A DNA stretch of 43,005 nt. Origin: Candidatus Methylomirabilis oxygeniifera (GTDB lineage: Bacteria > Methylomirabilota > Methylomirabilia > Methylomirabilales > Methylomirabilaceae). Shown one piece after another: positions 1-9,177 of this stretch. Numbering within the stretch: position 1 is the first letter of the stretch; each line of letters opens with the position of its first letter. The translations under genes were made by a program, and so were the position numbers. The stretch lies in assembly GCA_016190255.1 (NCBI GenBank), contig JACPQX010000037.1, positions 1 to 43,005 of the forward strand, in the 5' to 3' direction. Below the pieces are notes generated by a model. That model was not told where the DNA came from, did not search any database, and worked only from the letters and a program-made list of their open reading frames with translations.

Positions 1-27
1 CGTTCTTGGGGCTGCGAAGAACGGTGG

Positions 28-85
28 GATTGCGGAGCCTGCCCTGAGTGTGGTCGAAGGGGACACTCCGTGCCCTCGCAATGAC
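28..85. repeat. Imperfect palindromic element (GATTGC...CTCGCAATGAC) carrying a 24-bp unit at 37-60
   Basis: 37-60 gcctgccctgagtgtggtcgaagg matches the 24-bp family at 15024 and 16556. Removing it leaves ttgcggaggacac-tcc-gtgccctcgcaa, an imperfect inverted repeat. Confidence 0.65.
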
Positions 86-135
86 ACATGGCTCATTCCC
101 TTCAACTTAGGACAGTACCGGGAACCGCGTTCACC

Positions 136-165
136 TTGACATCACGGGCGACGACCCGCTATACT
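136..165 (+). promoter_or_regulatory. sigma70-type promoter
   Basis: TTGACA (136-141), 18-nt spacer, TATACT (160-165), directly upstream of the first CDS. Confidence 0.75.
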
Positions 166-238
166 CTCTTGCGTGCGCCCGGGCGCCCGCAGATCGGTTC
201 GAAGCATCTCTGGTCGGAGTCGCAGCAGAGGAGGTCCA

Positions 239-880
239 GTGCATCGTCGGCAGAACGGTGGATTCCGATGGAGTTCAGACCGCCCTCGCCCGCAGCGGCC
301 GCGGTCCTTGGCCCTTTTCTGCGGGACGGTCCTCCTGCTCCTGCTCCGGGTCCTTCCGGCTCATGGGGCAGACACGGTGGCGGCCGTGGATGCCCGGGCG
401 CTGTCGGACGCCTACTATACCATTATGAACGGTCCGGGGCTCGATCCGAAGACACCGATCGGGCACGAGCCCGACGAGGTCCTGACGGCCGAGCGGGAGC
501 TTCAGAGGCTCAAGGCGGAATACGCCAGCGCGCGAGCAGCCGGCCTGAGCCCGGAGGCCAAGGCGGCGTATGAGAAGAAACTCCTGGAGAAAAACGCCGC
601 CTTACAGGCCCTCTACGGCAAGAGTTGGAGGGATACCGTAGAGCTCGTGAAATGGCGCTCCCGGGAGTTGCTCGTGGCTCGCCTGTTCAACCGGATCGAG
701 CAGTATGCTCAAGAGCAGGGAATCGCCCTCATCCTCAACCAGGAGAATGGCAACGAGATGTTTCGCCGGGAGGGATGGTCCGGCGCTTCATCGGACCCGA
801 TCGACATCACGCGGCCACTGATCGAGTGGCTTCGTCAGAAGGAGGAGTCCCAACGTCGCCCCGGGCCCGCCCGCCGGTAA
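239..880 (+). CDS. OmpH/Skp-like periplasmic chaperone
   Basis: Signal-like segment (LALFCGTVLLLLLRVLPAHGA), helical coiled middle, and C-terminal IEQYAQEQGIALILN...DITRPLIEWL typical of OmpH. AGGAGG precedes GTG239; alternative start GTG173. Confidence 0.6.
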   Translation: MHRRQNGGFRWSSDRPRPQRPRSLALFCGTVLLLLLRVLPAHGADTVAAVDARALSDAYYTIMNGPGLDPKTPIGHEPDEVLTAERELQRLKAEYASARAAGLSPEAKAAYEKKLLEKNAALQALYGKSWRDTVELVKWRSRELLVARLFNRIEQYAQEQGIALILNQENGNEMFRREGWSGASSDPIDITRPLIEWLRQKEESQRRPGPARR

Positions 881-931
881 CAGACCGAACGCGGCCCGCC
901 TCTGTTCTTCATCATCCTGGCGCACAACGAC

Positions 932-1858
932 ATGCTGCTGAATGCTCGTGCCGCCGTGACGCGACAGCCTCTCGCGTCCCTCGTGATTCTCTTTCTGTGC
1001 CTTTTCCCGATGCGGGCGGCTGCCGCAGGCGCCAACAGCGAACTGGTGCCCGGCTCGAGGATTGTCTTTCCGTATTATGACCTTCGGCCCGGTTCTGCGA
1101 CCTTCCTCATTTTTACCAACGTGGGCCCCGAATCCACCTCGGTCCGGATGGAGTTTTACGATATGACCTGCATCCGCCGGGATTCCTCCATCAGCCTCTC
1201 TGCGGGGGACGTCGATCTCCTGGATCTGAGCAGCGCGCTTCCGAGCGAGCCGTCAGGGACGTTCCAGCAGGGCTTCGTCGATGCCGTGGCCAATGATGAT
1301 GTCCTGATGGGCACGGCGCTGATCGTGAACGTGACGCAGGATTGGGCGATCCTCTATCATGGGGCAGCGGCGCGGCGTCGGGTTGGCGCGGTGACGCCGT
1401 TCGAGCCGTACCCTTCCCGCCTCTTCCTGCCGGCCTTCCTGACACCAGGGAGCCTGGGGGAAGCCGGGTTTACTGATGGCCTGTTGGTCCTTGCCGCGCC
1501 ACACCCCACGCAGCCGGGCGGTGAGCTGCCGGCCCAACCGATCCAGGCGAGCTTCGAAATATTTCTCAAGACGGGGAGCACACGCGACAGCGGGGGATTC
1601 CAGGATTTCGCCGAGGTGACCAATGCGGTCTCTGGCGGCGCCTCCGGCCATCAGGTCATTCTTCCGATAGGGCAGATTACCGGTTCCCTCCCACCCCCAA
1701 CCTTGGGCTGGCTTTCGGTCGCAAATAGCGTCGTCGATGACTCCGGGATCCCTTTCGGGCTGGTAGGGCTCTACCTTCAAACCGTCGTCCGCCCGGAGGG
1801 CGGCATGGCGATGGCGATCCGGCTGTGGGGCGACCCGACCGAGGTGCCTGGTCCCTAG
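932..1858 (+). CDS. Secreted hypothetical protein, beta-rich
   Basis: 308-aa ORF with signal peptide (LVILFLCLFPMRAAAA) and GSRIVFPYYD..TFLIFTNVG segment. No family recognised. Confidence 0.7.
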   Translation: MLLNARAAVTRQPLASLVILFLCLFPMRAAAAGANSELVPGSRIVFPYYDLRPGSATFLIFTNVGPESTSVRMEFYDMTCIRRDSSISLSAGDVDLLDLSSALPSEPSGTFQQGFVDAVANDDVLMGTALIVNVTQDWAILYHGAAARRRVGAVTPFEPYPSRLFLPAFLTPGSLGEAGFTDGLLVLAAPHPTQPGGELPAQPIQASFEIFLKTGSTRDSGGFQDFAEVTNAVSGGASGHQVILPIGQITGSLPPPTLGWLSVANSVVDDSGIPFGLVGLYLQTVVRPEGGMAMAIRLWGDPTEVPGP

Positions 1859-1874
1859 GGGCGTCGAGGGACGT

Positions 1875-3041
1875 GTGGCACACCTGAGCGTCGTCGTCTG
1901 GGGAGACGGAGGCGGGCCTGTATTCGAGAGCTGCCGCGAATGCCTGATCCGATTCACGATGGAGCTCCAAGGAATCTCCGAGGCTGCGGGCGACGCAAGC
2001 CTGGGTTCCGTGATGGCGCAGGCCCCCGCCTCCTTCGTGGCGTTCCTGGACCATCGAATCGCTGTCTCGCCGGGATGGGCCGCCCGGCTCATCCGGGCCC
2101 TGGAAGGCTCCGGCGCCGCGGCCATCGGTCCCCTCTCTAACGGCGCGACCGGCCCGCAGCGCCGGTCCGCCGATTATCAGGATATCCCCGGCTATCTGAC
2201 ATGTGCGGAGCGGATCGCGCGGCAGCACGCCGGCCAGGTTCAGGCGGTTGACGCCCTGGGCGATTTCTGCATCGTCTGCAGGCGGGAGCTGCTGGCCGGC
2301 CTCGATCCCGCGACGGACCTTGCGAACCTTGGCGCGGCGATTCGGGCGGCGGGCCATCAGGTCGTTGTCGCGCTCGATACGTACGTGCATTCGTTCGCCG
2401 GTTATTACGACCACTCGCGTCCCGAGCTGGAGGCTCTGATCCAGCGCGACGCCAGGACGGTGCTGGACGTCGGCTGTGGCGCCGGGGCGCTGGGCGCGGC
2501 GCTCAAGCGGCGAGGCGCCGTGGAGGTCATCGGGGTGGAGGCCGACCCGGGGGCGGCGGACGCAGCCACGCGCGTCCTGGATCGGGTGCACCGTGGTGAC
2601 ATCGAGTCTCTGGACCTCCCATACTCCCCCGGCACGTTCGACTGCATCGTCCTTGCCGATATCCTCGAGCACCTGCGGGATCCCTGGGGACTGCTCAGGC
2701 GCCTCGCTCCTCTCCTTGCGCCGCATGGTCGGCTCATCGCCAGCCTTCCGAATGTTCGCCACTGGTCGGTGGTCCGAGGGCTTCTGGGCGGAGACTGGAC
2801 CTACCTGCCCGCCGGGATCCTGGATCAGGGACACCTGAGATTCTTCACCCTGAAGAGCGGCCGGGCCCTCTTTGAGGCCGCCGGCCTGAGGATCGTCGAG
2901 GTCCATCCGGTCGGCGGCGGGCTGGTCCCCGACCTCACCCCGCTCGTCGAGGCGGGCGGCGCCCTTTCGCTCGATTGCTCGACCCTTGGCGAGGAGGCCC
3001 GGGTCACCCAGTATCTGTACGTCGTGGAGAGGCGGGGGTGA
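1875..3041 (+). CDS. Degenerate GT2-like domain fused to class I SAM-dependent methyltransferase
   Basis: C-terminal VLDVGCGAG, FDCIVLADILEHLRDP, GILDQGHLRFFT. N-terminal VAFLD..AIGPLSN..FCIVCRRE resembles GT2. Confidence 0.8.
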   Translation: MAHLSVVVWGDGGGPVFESCRECLIRFTMELQGISEAAGDASLGSVMAQAPASFVAFLDHRIAVSPGWAARLIRALEGSGAAAIGPLSNGATGPQRRSADYQDIPGYLTCAERIARQHAGQVQAVDALGDFCIVCRRELLAGLDPATDLANLGAAIRAAGHQVVVALDTYVHSFAGYYDHSRPELEALIQRDARTVLDVGCGAGALGAALKRRGAVEVIGVEADPGAADAATRVLDRVHRGDIESLDLPYSPGTFDCIVLADILEHLRDPWGLLRRLAPLLAPHGRLIASLPNVRHWSVVRGLLGGDWTYLPAGILDQGHLRFFTLKSGRALFEAAGLRIVEVHPVGGGLVPDLTPLVEAGGALSLDCSTLGEEARVTQYLYVVERRG

Positions 3042-4183
3042 GCGGGAGCGGGCCGGCCGACCTCTCGGTCATCCTGGTCAACTACAACGTCGCGCCACTT
3101 GTCCTTCAGGCCGTCGGGTCGCTGCTGAGCCAGAAATTTACCGCGCAGGATGGCGGCGATGGCCGCCTTGAGATTCTGGTCATCGACAACGCGTCCTCGC
3201 CTGACGATATCGCGCGCCTGGATCGCCTGCCCTCCTCTGTGATCCAACTGCGACATGACCGGAATCTCGGTTTCGCCGCAGCCAACAATCGTGGGATCGA
3301 GCGGGCGTCCGGTCGATACCTCTGCTTCCTGAACCCCGATACGAGGGTGCTGGACGGCGCGATGGAGGCCCTGCTTCAGCACCTGTATCGGCATCCGGAG
3401 GTTGGGGCCGTCGGGCCGAGGATCTGGGCCGATGACGATCGCGCCTTTCTCCTTCCGCCGGGGGACCCGCCGACGCTCTCGTTCATCCTGACGCGGATGG
3501 TCGGGGAGATCGTTCCGGAGGTGGGCCGGCGCCAGAGCCATCGATGGCATCGTTATGCGTTGACGTTCTGGCGCAGCCGCGCGCCTGTCGCGGTCCTGAT
3601 GCTGTCCGGGGCGTGCATCCTGACATCGAGGGGTGTGGTGGACAGCGTAGGGGGGTTCGATCCAGGGTACTTCTTGTACTACGAAGACGCCGACTGGTGC
3701 AGGCGCGTCCGGGGGGCCGGATATCGACTGGCCGTGGTGCCGGACGCCGAGATCGTCCACTACTATAACCAGAGTGGAAAGTCTGACCCTCAGGGCGCGT
3801 GGGGACACGGTCTTCGGTCACAGGCGCGTTTCGTGCGCGCCCACTATGGGCTGCCGGGGACGCTCCTCTACAGGGCCTCGCGCTTCATCAGCGACCGGCT
3901 GGCCCGCCTGCGGGCGCCCTCTGCGCCGCCAGGGTTGATCGATCTCGGTCGCCTCGCGGGACCCCCACGGTTCAGCGTGGCTGAGGACATTCCGCCCCGT
4001 GGGATCGTGATCGAGATCGGCTACGATTGGCTCTTTTTTCCATCGGTGGCCGCCTTCCTGCGCGCGCCTGACTTCCAGCTCTCGCCCGCCGCGTGGGACA
4101 TGATCCGGCCGGGCCGCTACTACGCGAGGTTGATCGATCCGGAGAACCTCAGGCCGCTGGCCGTCTGGTCGTGGGAGAAATGA
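3038..4183 (+). CDS. Glycosyltransferase family 2 (WbbL-like)
   Basis: LSVILVNYN, NLGFAAANNRG, FLNPD, GGFDPGYFLYYEDADWC. GTGA overlap with the upstream stop. Confidence 0.9.
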   Translation: MSGSGPADLSVILVNYNVAPLVLQAVGSLLSQKFTAQDGGDGRLEILVIDNASSPDDIARLDRLPSSVIQLRHDRNLGFAAANNRGIERASGRYLCFLNPDTRVLDGAMEALLQHLYRHPEVGAVGPRIWADDDRAFLLPPGDPPTLSFILTRMVGEIVPEVGRRQSHRWHRYALTFWRSRAPVAVLMLSGACILTSRGVVDSVGGFDPGYFLYYEDADWCRRVRGAGYRLAVVPDAEIVHYYNQSGKSDPQGAWGHGLRSQARFVRAHYGLPGTLLYRASRFISDRLARLRAPSAPPGLIDLGRLAGPPRFSVAEDIPPRGIVIEIGYDWLFFPSVAAFLRAPDFQLSPAAWDMIRPGRYYARLIDPENLRPLAVWSWEK

Positions 4184-5725
4184 TGAAGGGCCTCGGCAGA
4201 TCTCTTGCAGCCGATCCCCGGTCACCTCGTTAACCCTCCAGTGCTCCCGTTCCCACCGAAGGGCGATCGTAGCCCGGCCATCCTGGAGAGCCCCGGCAAG
4301 GGAACCGTCGCATGCCTCTCCCGGAACATGGGTGATCCGGACCGTCCCGGGGATCCTCGCGAACGGGGGAGCGGCAGCCACCTGTAGCGCCCAACTCTTG
4401 GCCCCAAACAGCTCAGCCCCGTAGAAGAAATCGGGATTACCGATGACAAGCACCATCTGCACACCGGGCGTGTTGGCTGCCCGCTCGATCGTGTGGACGA
4501 TCCCCCTGGTGATTCGAGCGGCATGGATCCACGGAAACCCGTTGACCGCCATCAGCACGGCGAAGGAAAAGAAGATGATCGCCCCCAAGGACCGGCCAAC
4601 CGGAGCGCGTGCTGTGACGAGGAGCGCCGCAAGGAAAAGACAGAAGCCCGCCGAGGGGACGTAGTGAAGCCTTGCCGCCTCGATCGGCAATTGCTTCTCG
4701 GCGAAAAGACTCAGAAGTGGGAAGGCGAACATCGCCATCAATGTCAGGCAGAACCAGGCGCGCCGATCCGGCCTGGCGGCAATGACGAGCGCGATGATCG
4801 CCAGTACCAGGATCCAGGCAAGGGGGTCGATCAGCCCCCTTATGGTCTGGCCGAGGACGGCATCGCCCTCTGGTGTGAGCAACGCTCCCCCGGTTGGTCG
4901 GAGCTGGAAGGCCAGCAGATGCGCGATTCCCTTCGGCATCAACGTGGGGGCGAACAGCTCGGTGCCCATCGGTCCGTATTGGCCGACGACGTGCCCCGTG
5001 ATCGCTTTTCGGACCGCGAAGTAGACCACCAGCAGAAGGTAATAGGGGACCAGTCGAACCACGCCGCCGTAGCGACGGCGGTCGGGGCCGGAGGCAGGAA
5101 AGAACAATTGATAGAGCGTCAAGGCAAAGGGGACCACAACCGCGGTTTCCTTTGATCCGAGTGCAAGGAGGAAGGTCAGGATCGAGAGCAGCCACCACAC
5201 CGGGCGCCCTCGCTCGACGAACGTCAGATAGAGCAGGATAGACAGGAGCGCGAAACAAGCGACGATCAGTTCGGTGCGGCCGACGAGCCAGTGGACGGCC
5301 TCGGGATGGAGCGGATGAAGGGCGAACAAAAGTCCCGCGAGCAATCCGAACCCCCTGGTCGGCGAAGGCGAGAGCCTCGCGGCGATCCCATACACGAGCA
5401 TTCCGTTGACCACGTTGAGCAACAGATTGGTCAGGTGTCCCCCAAACGGATTCGGGCCCCAGAGCGTGTAGTCGATCGCGCCGGAGAGCGTGATCATCGG
5501 GCGGTAGTAGGAATGGGTCGGATCGCCCCGATAGACGGTGTAGAAGTCGGAGAGGACGTTCGGCCAATTGACGGCGCTCCGTCCTGCGTTCAGGAGCGTG
5601 ACGACATGGAAGTCATCCGACAAGAAATACCCGCGAAGCGAGACGGCGTAGACGGCCATGCTGACCGCCGCAATGACCGCCAGATCCACTCCGGCGCGGT
5701 ACCGGGGTCGTGACCAACGCATCAT
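3818..5725 (-). CDS. Polytopic GT-C glycosyltransferase, TMTC/PMT-like, without TPRs
   Basis: FLSDDF, YYRPMITLS..DY.LWG, LFALHPLHPEAVHW..GRTEL, LALGSKETAV and many TM helices. GGAGGGG RBS. The last ~120 aa overlap the convergent GT2 and may be read-through. Confidence 0.8.
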   Translation of the reverse strand: MMRWSRPRYRAGVDLAVIAAVSMAVYAVSLRGYFLSDDFHVVTLLNAGRSAVNWPNVLSDFYTVYRGDPTHSYYRPMITLSGAIDYTLWGPNPFGGHLTNLLLNVVNGMLVYGIAARLSPSPTRGFGLLAGLLFALHPLHPEAVHWLVGRTELIVACFALLSILLYLTFVERGRPVWWLLSILTFLLALGSKETAVVVPFALTLYQLFFPASGPDRRRYGGVVRLVPYYLLLVVYFAVRKAITGHVVGQYGPMGTELFAPTLMPKGIAHLLAFQLRPTGGALLTPEGDAVLGQTIRGLIDPLAWILVLAIIALVIAARPDRRAWFCLTLMAMFAFPLLSLFAEKQLPIEAARLHYVPSAGFCLFLAALLVTARAPVGRSLGAIIFFSFAVLMAVNGFPWIHAARITRGIVHTIERAANTPGVQMVLVIGNPDFFYGAELFGAKSWALQVAAAPPFARIPGTVRITHVPGEACDGSLAGALQDGRATIALRWEREHWRVNEVTGDRLQEICRGPSSFLPRPDGQRPEVLRIDQPRVVAARPDHVPRGGRELEVRRAQEGGHRWKKEPIVADLDHDPTGRNVLSHAEPWGSREATEIDQPWRRRGRPQAGQPVADEARGPVEERPRQPIVGAHETRL

Positions 5726-5755
5726 CCCCTCCGTCTCTCGGCTTGAACTGGCGGC

Positions 5756-5784
5756 ATCATACTCGAGATGGCGAGGTCCGTCAA
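5756..5784 (-). promoter_or_regulatory. sigma70-type promoter for the GT-C gene
   Basis: Minus strand TTGACG (5784-5779), 17 nt, TATGAT (5761-5756). Confidence 0.7.
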
Positions 5785-5818
5785 TCCCCGCCGGACCGCC
5801 CGCCGCGCCGTTTTGTCC

Positions 5819-5847
5819 TTGACGCTCCCAGACACCCTCAGTATACT
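5819..5847 (+). promoter_or_regulatory. sigma70-type promoter for the wzm-wzt operon (back-to-back with the previous one)
   Basis: TTGACG (5819-5824), 17 nt, TATACT (5842-5847). Confidence 0.75.
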
Positions 5848-5910
5848 CACAACCATTATTTCTGCTGTGTTCCGCGCCTTCGCCGCTTCGCGTTCCAGGA
5901 GAAGAGCATC

Positions 5911-6702
5911 GTGGGAAGTGTCCTTGCGTTGGTCCGGCACGGCTCCTTGATCCAGAGTTTTGTGAAGCGCGACCTTCAGGTCCGCTACAAGGGGTCGGCC
6001 ATCGGCCTGTTCTGGTCGGTGATCCACCCCCTCATCATGCTGCTGCTCTACACCTTCGTGTTTTCAGCGATCCTGAAGATCCGGGTCGGCGCCACCGAGG
6101 GGACGGAGCACTTCGCCATCTACCTGTTCTGCGGGCTGCTGCCGTGGAATGCCTTCGCCGAGGGGTTGAGTCGGTCCAGCGGCGTGATTCTGGAGCACGG
6201 GAATCTGATTAAGCGGGCGATATTTCCCTCGGAGATCCTGCCGGTCTATCCGGTGATCTCCGGCATTATCAACGAGTTGATCGGATTCGGTATCCTCCTG
6301 GCGGCGTTGGTCGTGACCGCCCATCGGTTGACCCCCGTGATGCTGGTCCTGCCTGTGTTCCTTCTCTTTCAATTCATGCTGACCATGGGGCTGGCATGGC
6401 TCGTCGCGGGGACGACGGTGTTCATCCGGGACCTGGGCCAGGTGCTGGGGGTGATCCTAACCGTGTGGATCTTCCTGACGCCGATCTTCTATCCGCCCTC
6501 ATTGGTTCCTGCTGACCTGCGCGCCCTCCTGATGGTCAATCCGATGTACGCGATTGTCGAGGCGTACAGGAGCCTGATCCTGATGGGGCGGATCCCGCCC
6601 TGGCAGAGCGTCGCCTTTTTGGCGGCGTTCGCCGCAGTCGTGTTCGTGGCGGGCTATCGGGTGTTTACTCGGATGCAGCCCGCCTTCGCCGACGTGATTT
6701 GA
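5911..6702 (+). CDS. wzm: ABC-2 polysaccharide export permease
   Basis: RDLQVRYKGSAIGLFWSVIHPL, FLTPIFYP, NPMYAIVEAYR. AGGAG before GTG5911 (the ORF-track start at 5710 lies upstream of the promoter). Confidence 0.92.
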   Translation: MGSVLALVRHGSLIQSFVKRDLQVRYKGSAIGLFWSVIHPLIMLLLYTFVFSAILKIRVGATEGTEHFAIYLFCGLLPWNAFAEGLSRSSGVILEHGNLIKRAIFPSEILPVYPVISGIINELIGFGILLAALVVTAHRLTPVMLVLPVFLLFQFMLTMGLAWLVAGTTVFIRDLGQVLGVILTVWIFLTPIFYPPSLVPADLRALLMVNPMYAIVEAYRSLILMGRIPPWQSVAFLAAFAAVVFVAGYRVFTRMQPAFADVI

Positions 6703-7937
6703 TGTTCGCCATCGAGGCCCAGCATCTCTCCAAGGCGTACCGGATCTACGCCAATCCCAAGGACCGCCTGAAGGAGGCCCTCCTCCGTGGCCGGCGGACC
6801 TACCACCAGGAGTTTTGGGCGGTGCGAGATGCGAGCTTCCGAGCCGGGGTCGGCTCGACCGTCGGCTTGCTGGGGGATAATGGCGCCGGCAAGAGCACCC
6901 TGCTGCAATTGGTGGCCGGGACCCTGCGGCCGAGCTCGGGTCACGTGACTGTTCGCGGCCGCATCTCCACGATCCTCGAGCTGGGCGCCGGGTTCAACCC
7001 GGAGTTCACGGGCAAGGAGAACGCCATGATGAGCGGGGCCATCATGGGGATCCCGCCGAGGGAGATGGAGCGAAAGTTCCCCGGGATCGCCGCGTTCGCC
7101 GATATCGGCGACTTCATCGATCGCCCGGTGAAGATCTACTCCAGCGGCATGTACGTCCGCCTGGCGTTCGCCGTGGCGACCAGCGTTGACCCCGACGTGT
7201 TGATCATCGACGAGGCCCTGTCGGTCGGGGACCAGTACTTCCAGAAGCGGTGCATCGACCGGATCGAGAGCTTCCGTAAGGCCGGGAAAACGATCCTTTT
7301 TTGCTCTCACAACCTCTATCAGATTCGGCTGATCTGCGACGAGGCGATCTGGCTGAGTGAGGGGCGGATCGCGCAAGCCGGAGACGTGTCTCGGGTGGTG
7401 GGGGCCTACGAGAACTACCTCAGGGACCGTGAGCTGCCGCAGTCGGATGCAGGAACGCCGGTCGGGGACCGGAGCGCCTTTCCCTGGGTGTCGCGGGTCC
7501 TGCTGTCTCGAGGCGACGATCCGGCGCCACGCGACCAATTCATGACGGGAGAAGAGCTGGTCGTCACTGTTCAGTATGAGGTCCCGAAGCCGCCGACCCT
7601 GGTCCACGTGGGCGTCATCGTGTTCAGGAACGACGGGGTGCAGTGCTTTGGGATCGGTACTCATGTGGCGGACGTGAAGCCGCCGACCTCGAGTGGAAGC
7701 GTCCGGTTGCGCCTCCCGAATCTGCCCCTGATGTCAGGAGACTACGCCGTGACCGTCTACCTGCTTGACGAGCACGGGCTGCACGTCTACGATCAACGCG
7801 AGAAAGAGTTCAAGTTCCAGGTCATGCAGAATGTACAGGCCTTGGGGATCTGCTATCTGACTCACCGGTGGGATCTGGAGGCACCCTTCGATCCGCCGTA
7901 CGACCGATCGCGTCCGGGGGCGGCGGCCCGTGGGTGA
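6702..7937 (+). CDS. wzt: Polysaccharide ABC transporter ATPase with C-terminal Wzt_C carbohydrate-binding domain
   Basis: Walker A GDNGAGKST, YSSGMYVRLAFA, IIDEALSVGD, plus ~170-aa beta-rich C-terminal extension. Confidence 0.93.
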   Translation: MFAIEAQHLSKAYRIYANPKDRLKEALLRGRRTYHQEFWAVRDASFRAGVGSTVGLLGDNGAGKSTLLQLVAGTLRPSSGHVTVRGRISTILELGAGFNPEFTGKENAMMSGAIMGIPPREMERKFPGIAAFADIGDFIDRPVKIYSSGMYVRLAFAVATSVDPDVLIIDEALSVGDQYFQKRCIDRIESFRKAGKTILFCSHNLYQIRLICDEAIWLSEGRIAQAGDVSRVVGAYENYLRDRELPQSDAGTPVGDRSAFPWVSRVLLSRGDDPAPRDQFMTGEELVVTVQYEVPKPPTLVHVGVIVFRNDGVQCFGIGTHVADVKPPTSSGSVRLRLPNLPLMSGDYAVTVYLLDEHGLHVYDQREKEFKFQVMQNVQALGICYLTHRWDLEAPFDPPYDRSRPGAAARG

Positions 7938-9003
7938 ATGGCGTGCCCCGATCCAGATCGTCGATGTCTATCGGGATCCCGCCGGCCGATGGACCATTCG
8001 CCCGTACCGGCCTGGTGATGAAGAGCGGATCCTCGACCTCTTCAGCCGCGTGTTTCGGGTCGAGCGCTCCATCGAGCACTGGCGCTGGAAGTTTCGGGAT
8101 AATCCGGCGGGACAGTATCACATGCGGCTGGCGGAGACCCCGTCCGGGGAGCTGGTGGGGCAATACGCCGGGCTGCCGGTTCGCATGGCCTGGGGAGAGA
8201 AGACGCTGGTGTTCGACCAGGTCATCGACGTGATGCTGGACCCGGTTACCCGGCTCGGCCTGAAGCGGACCGGCCTCTTCTTCGCGTTGGCGAACCAGGG
8301 GATCGGCGGCTACGCCGGTTCGGATAAGGTGTCGGGTGGGTACGGGTTCCCGACCCCGGAGGCGCTCCGGATCGGGCAGCGGGCTGCCGGATACACTCCG
8401 ATGCATCCGGTCGTGGGCCTCGTGCTGGACCTCCGCCAGGACGGTCAGAACCACTCGAAGGTCCTGGCGGGCGGCGATCGGTCGCGTCTGTACAGTCGGT
8501 TCTATCGGGTCCGGGAGATCGAGAGATTCGGGCAGGAGGTTGACAGGTTATGGGAGCAGGCGCGCCAGGAGCTGCCCGTGGCGGTGGTGCGTGACGCGCG
8601 CTACCTCAACTGGCGTTACGCCGCGTGCCCGGATGTGCGCTACACGATGCTGGAAGCGTTCCATCGCCTCACCGGCGCGTTGGCCGGGGTGGCGATCCTT
8701 CGGATGGGCGTACGCGGGGAGCCGGTGGCGGCCTTGGTCGATTGGCTGGTACCAGGTCGCGCGATCGGCGCCGGCGTGGCCCTGCTCGCTCGGTGCGCCC
8801 AATTGGCCGCGCAGGCGGGGATGCGGCAGATGCAGGCGTGGTTCCCGGGGTATACCCGGCCCTTTCGCCTTCTTCAGCGGCGAGGCTTTCGACCCGAAGA
8901 GACCATGTATGAGTTCGTCGCCTTATCCATGAGTCCGGAGGTGACCCTCGATTGGACGAAGGAATGCTGGTACTACACGATGGGCGACTCGGATATCTAT
9001 TGA
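7930..9003 (+). CDS. GNAT-family N-acyltransferase, probably two GNAT folds
   Basis: IRPYRPGDEERI..HWRWKFRDNPAG, YGFPT, RDARYLNWRY, YYTMGDSD. Confidence 0.75.
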   Translation: MGEWRAPIQIVDVYRDPAGRWTIRPYRPGDEERILDLFSRVFRVERSIEHWRWKFRDNPAGQYHMRLAETPSGELVGQYAGLPVRMAWGEKTLVFDQVIDVMLDPVTRLGLKRTGLFFALANQGIGGYAGSDKVSGGYGFPTPEALRIGQRAAGYTPMHPVVGLVLDLRQDGQNHSKVLAGGDRSRLYSRFYRVREIERFGQEVDRLWEQARQELPVAVVRDARYLNWRYAACPDVRYTMLEAFHRLTGALAGVAILRMGVRGEPVAALVDWLVPGRAIGAGVALLARCAQLAAQAGMRQMQAWFPGYTRPFRLLQRRGFRPEETMYEFVALSMSPEVTLDWTKECWYYTMGDSDIY

Positions 9004-9007
9004 GTAC

Positions 9008-9143
9008 GGTGCGAGGTGCGAGGGTAGGGGCGACCCGCCGGGTCGCCCGTACAAATGACGAAGTGCGGGGTGCGGGGTGCGAAGGTAGGGGCGACCCGCC
9101 GGGTCGCCCGTACAAATGACGATGTGCGGGGTGCGGGGTGCGA
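9008..9143. repeat. Two GTAG-type REP-like hairpins (9024-9052, 9085-9113) in a 61-bp tandem unit with GGTGCGR heptamers
   Basis: gtaggggcgacccgccgggtcgcccgtac twice, identical, each followed by aaatgacga and three heptamers. Confidence 0.9.
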
Positions 9144-9177
9144 AGCGTTAGACGAGGCTGGTTGAGGAATTGATCCG

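Noticed and set aside
88-573. 161-aa plus-strand ORF
   Set aside because: Overlaps the OmpH-like gene in another frame, starts upstream of the promoter, and is low-complexity.
9024-9143. CRISPR-like 29-bp palindromic repeats with 32-nt spacing
   Set aside because: Only two copies, the spacers are near-identical heptamer runs, and no cas genes are present. Fits a REP mosaic.
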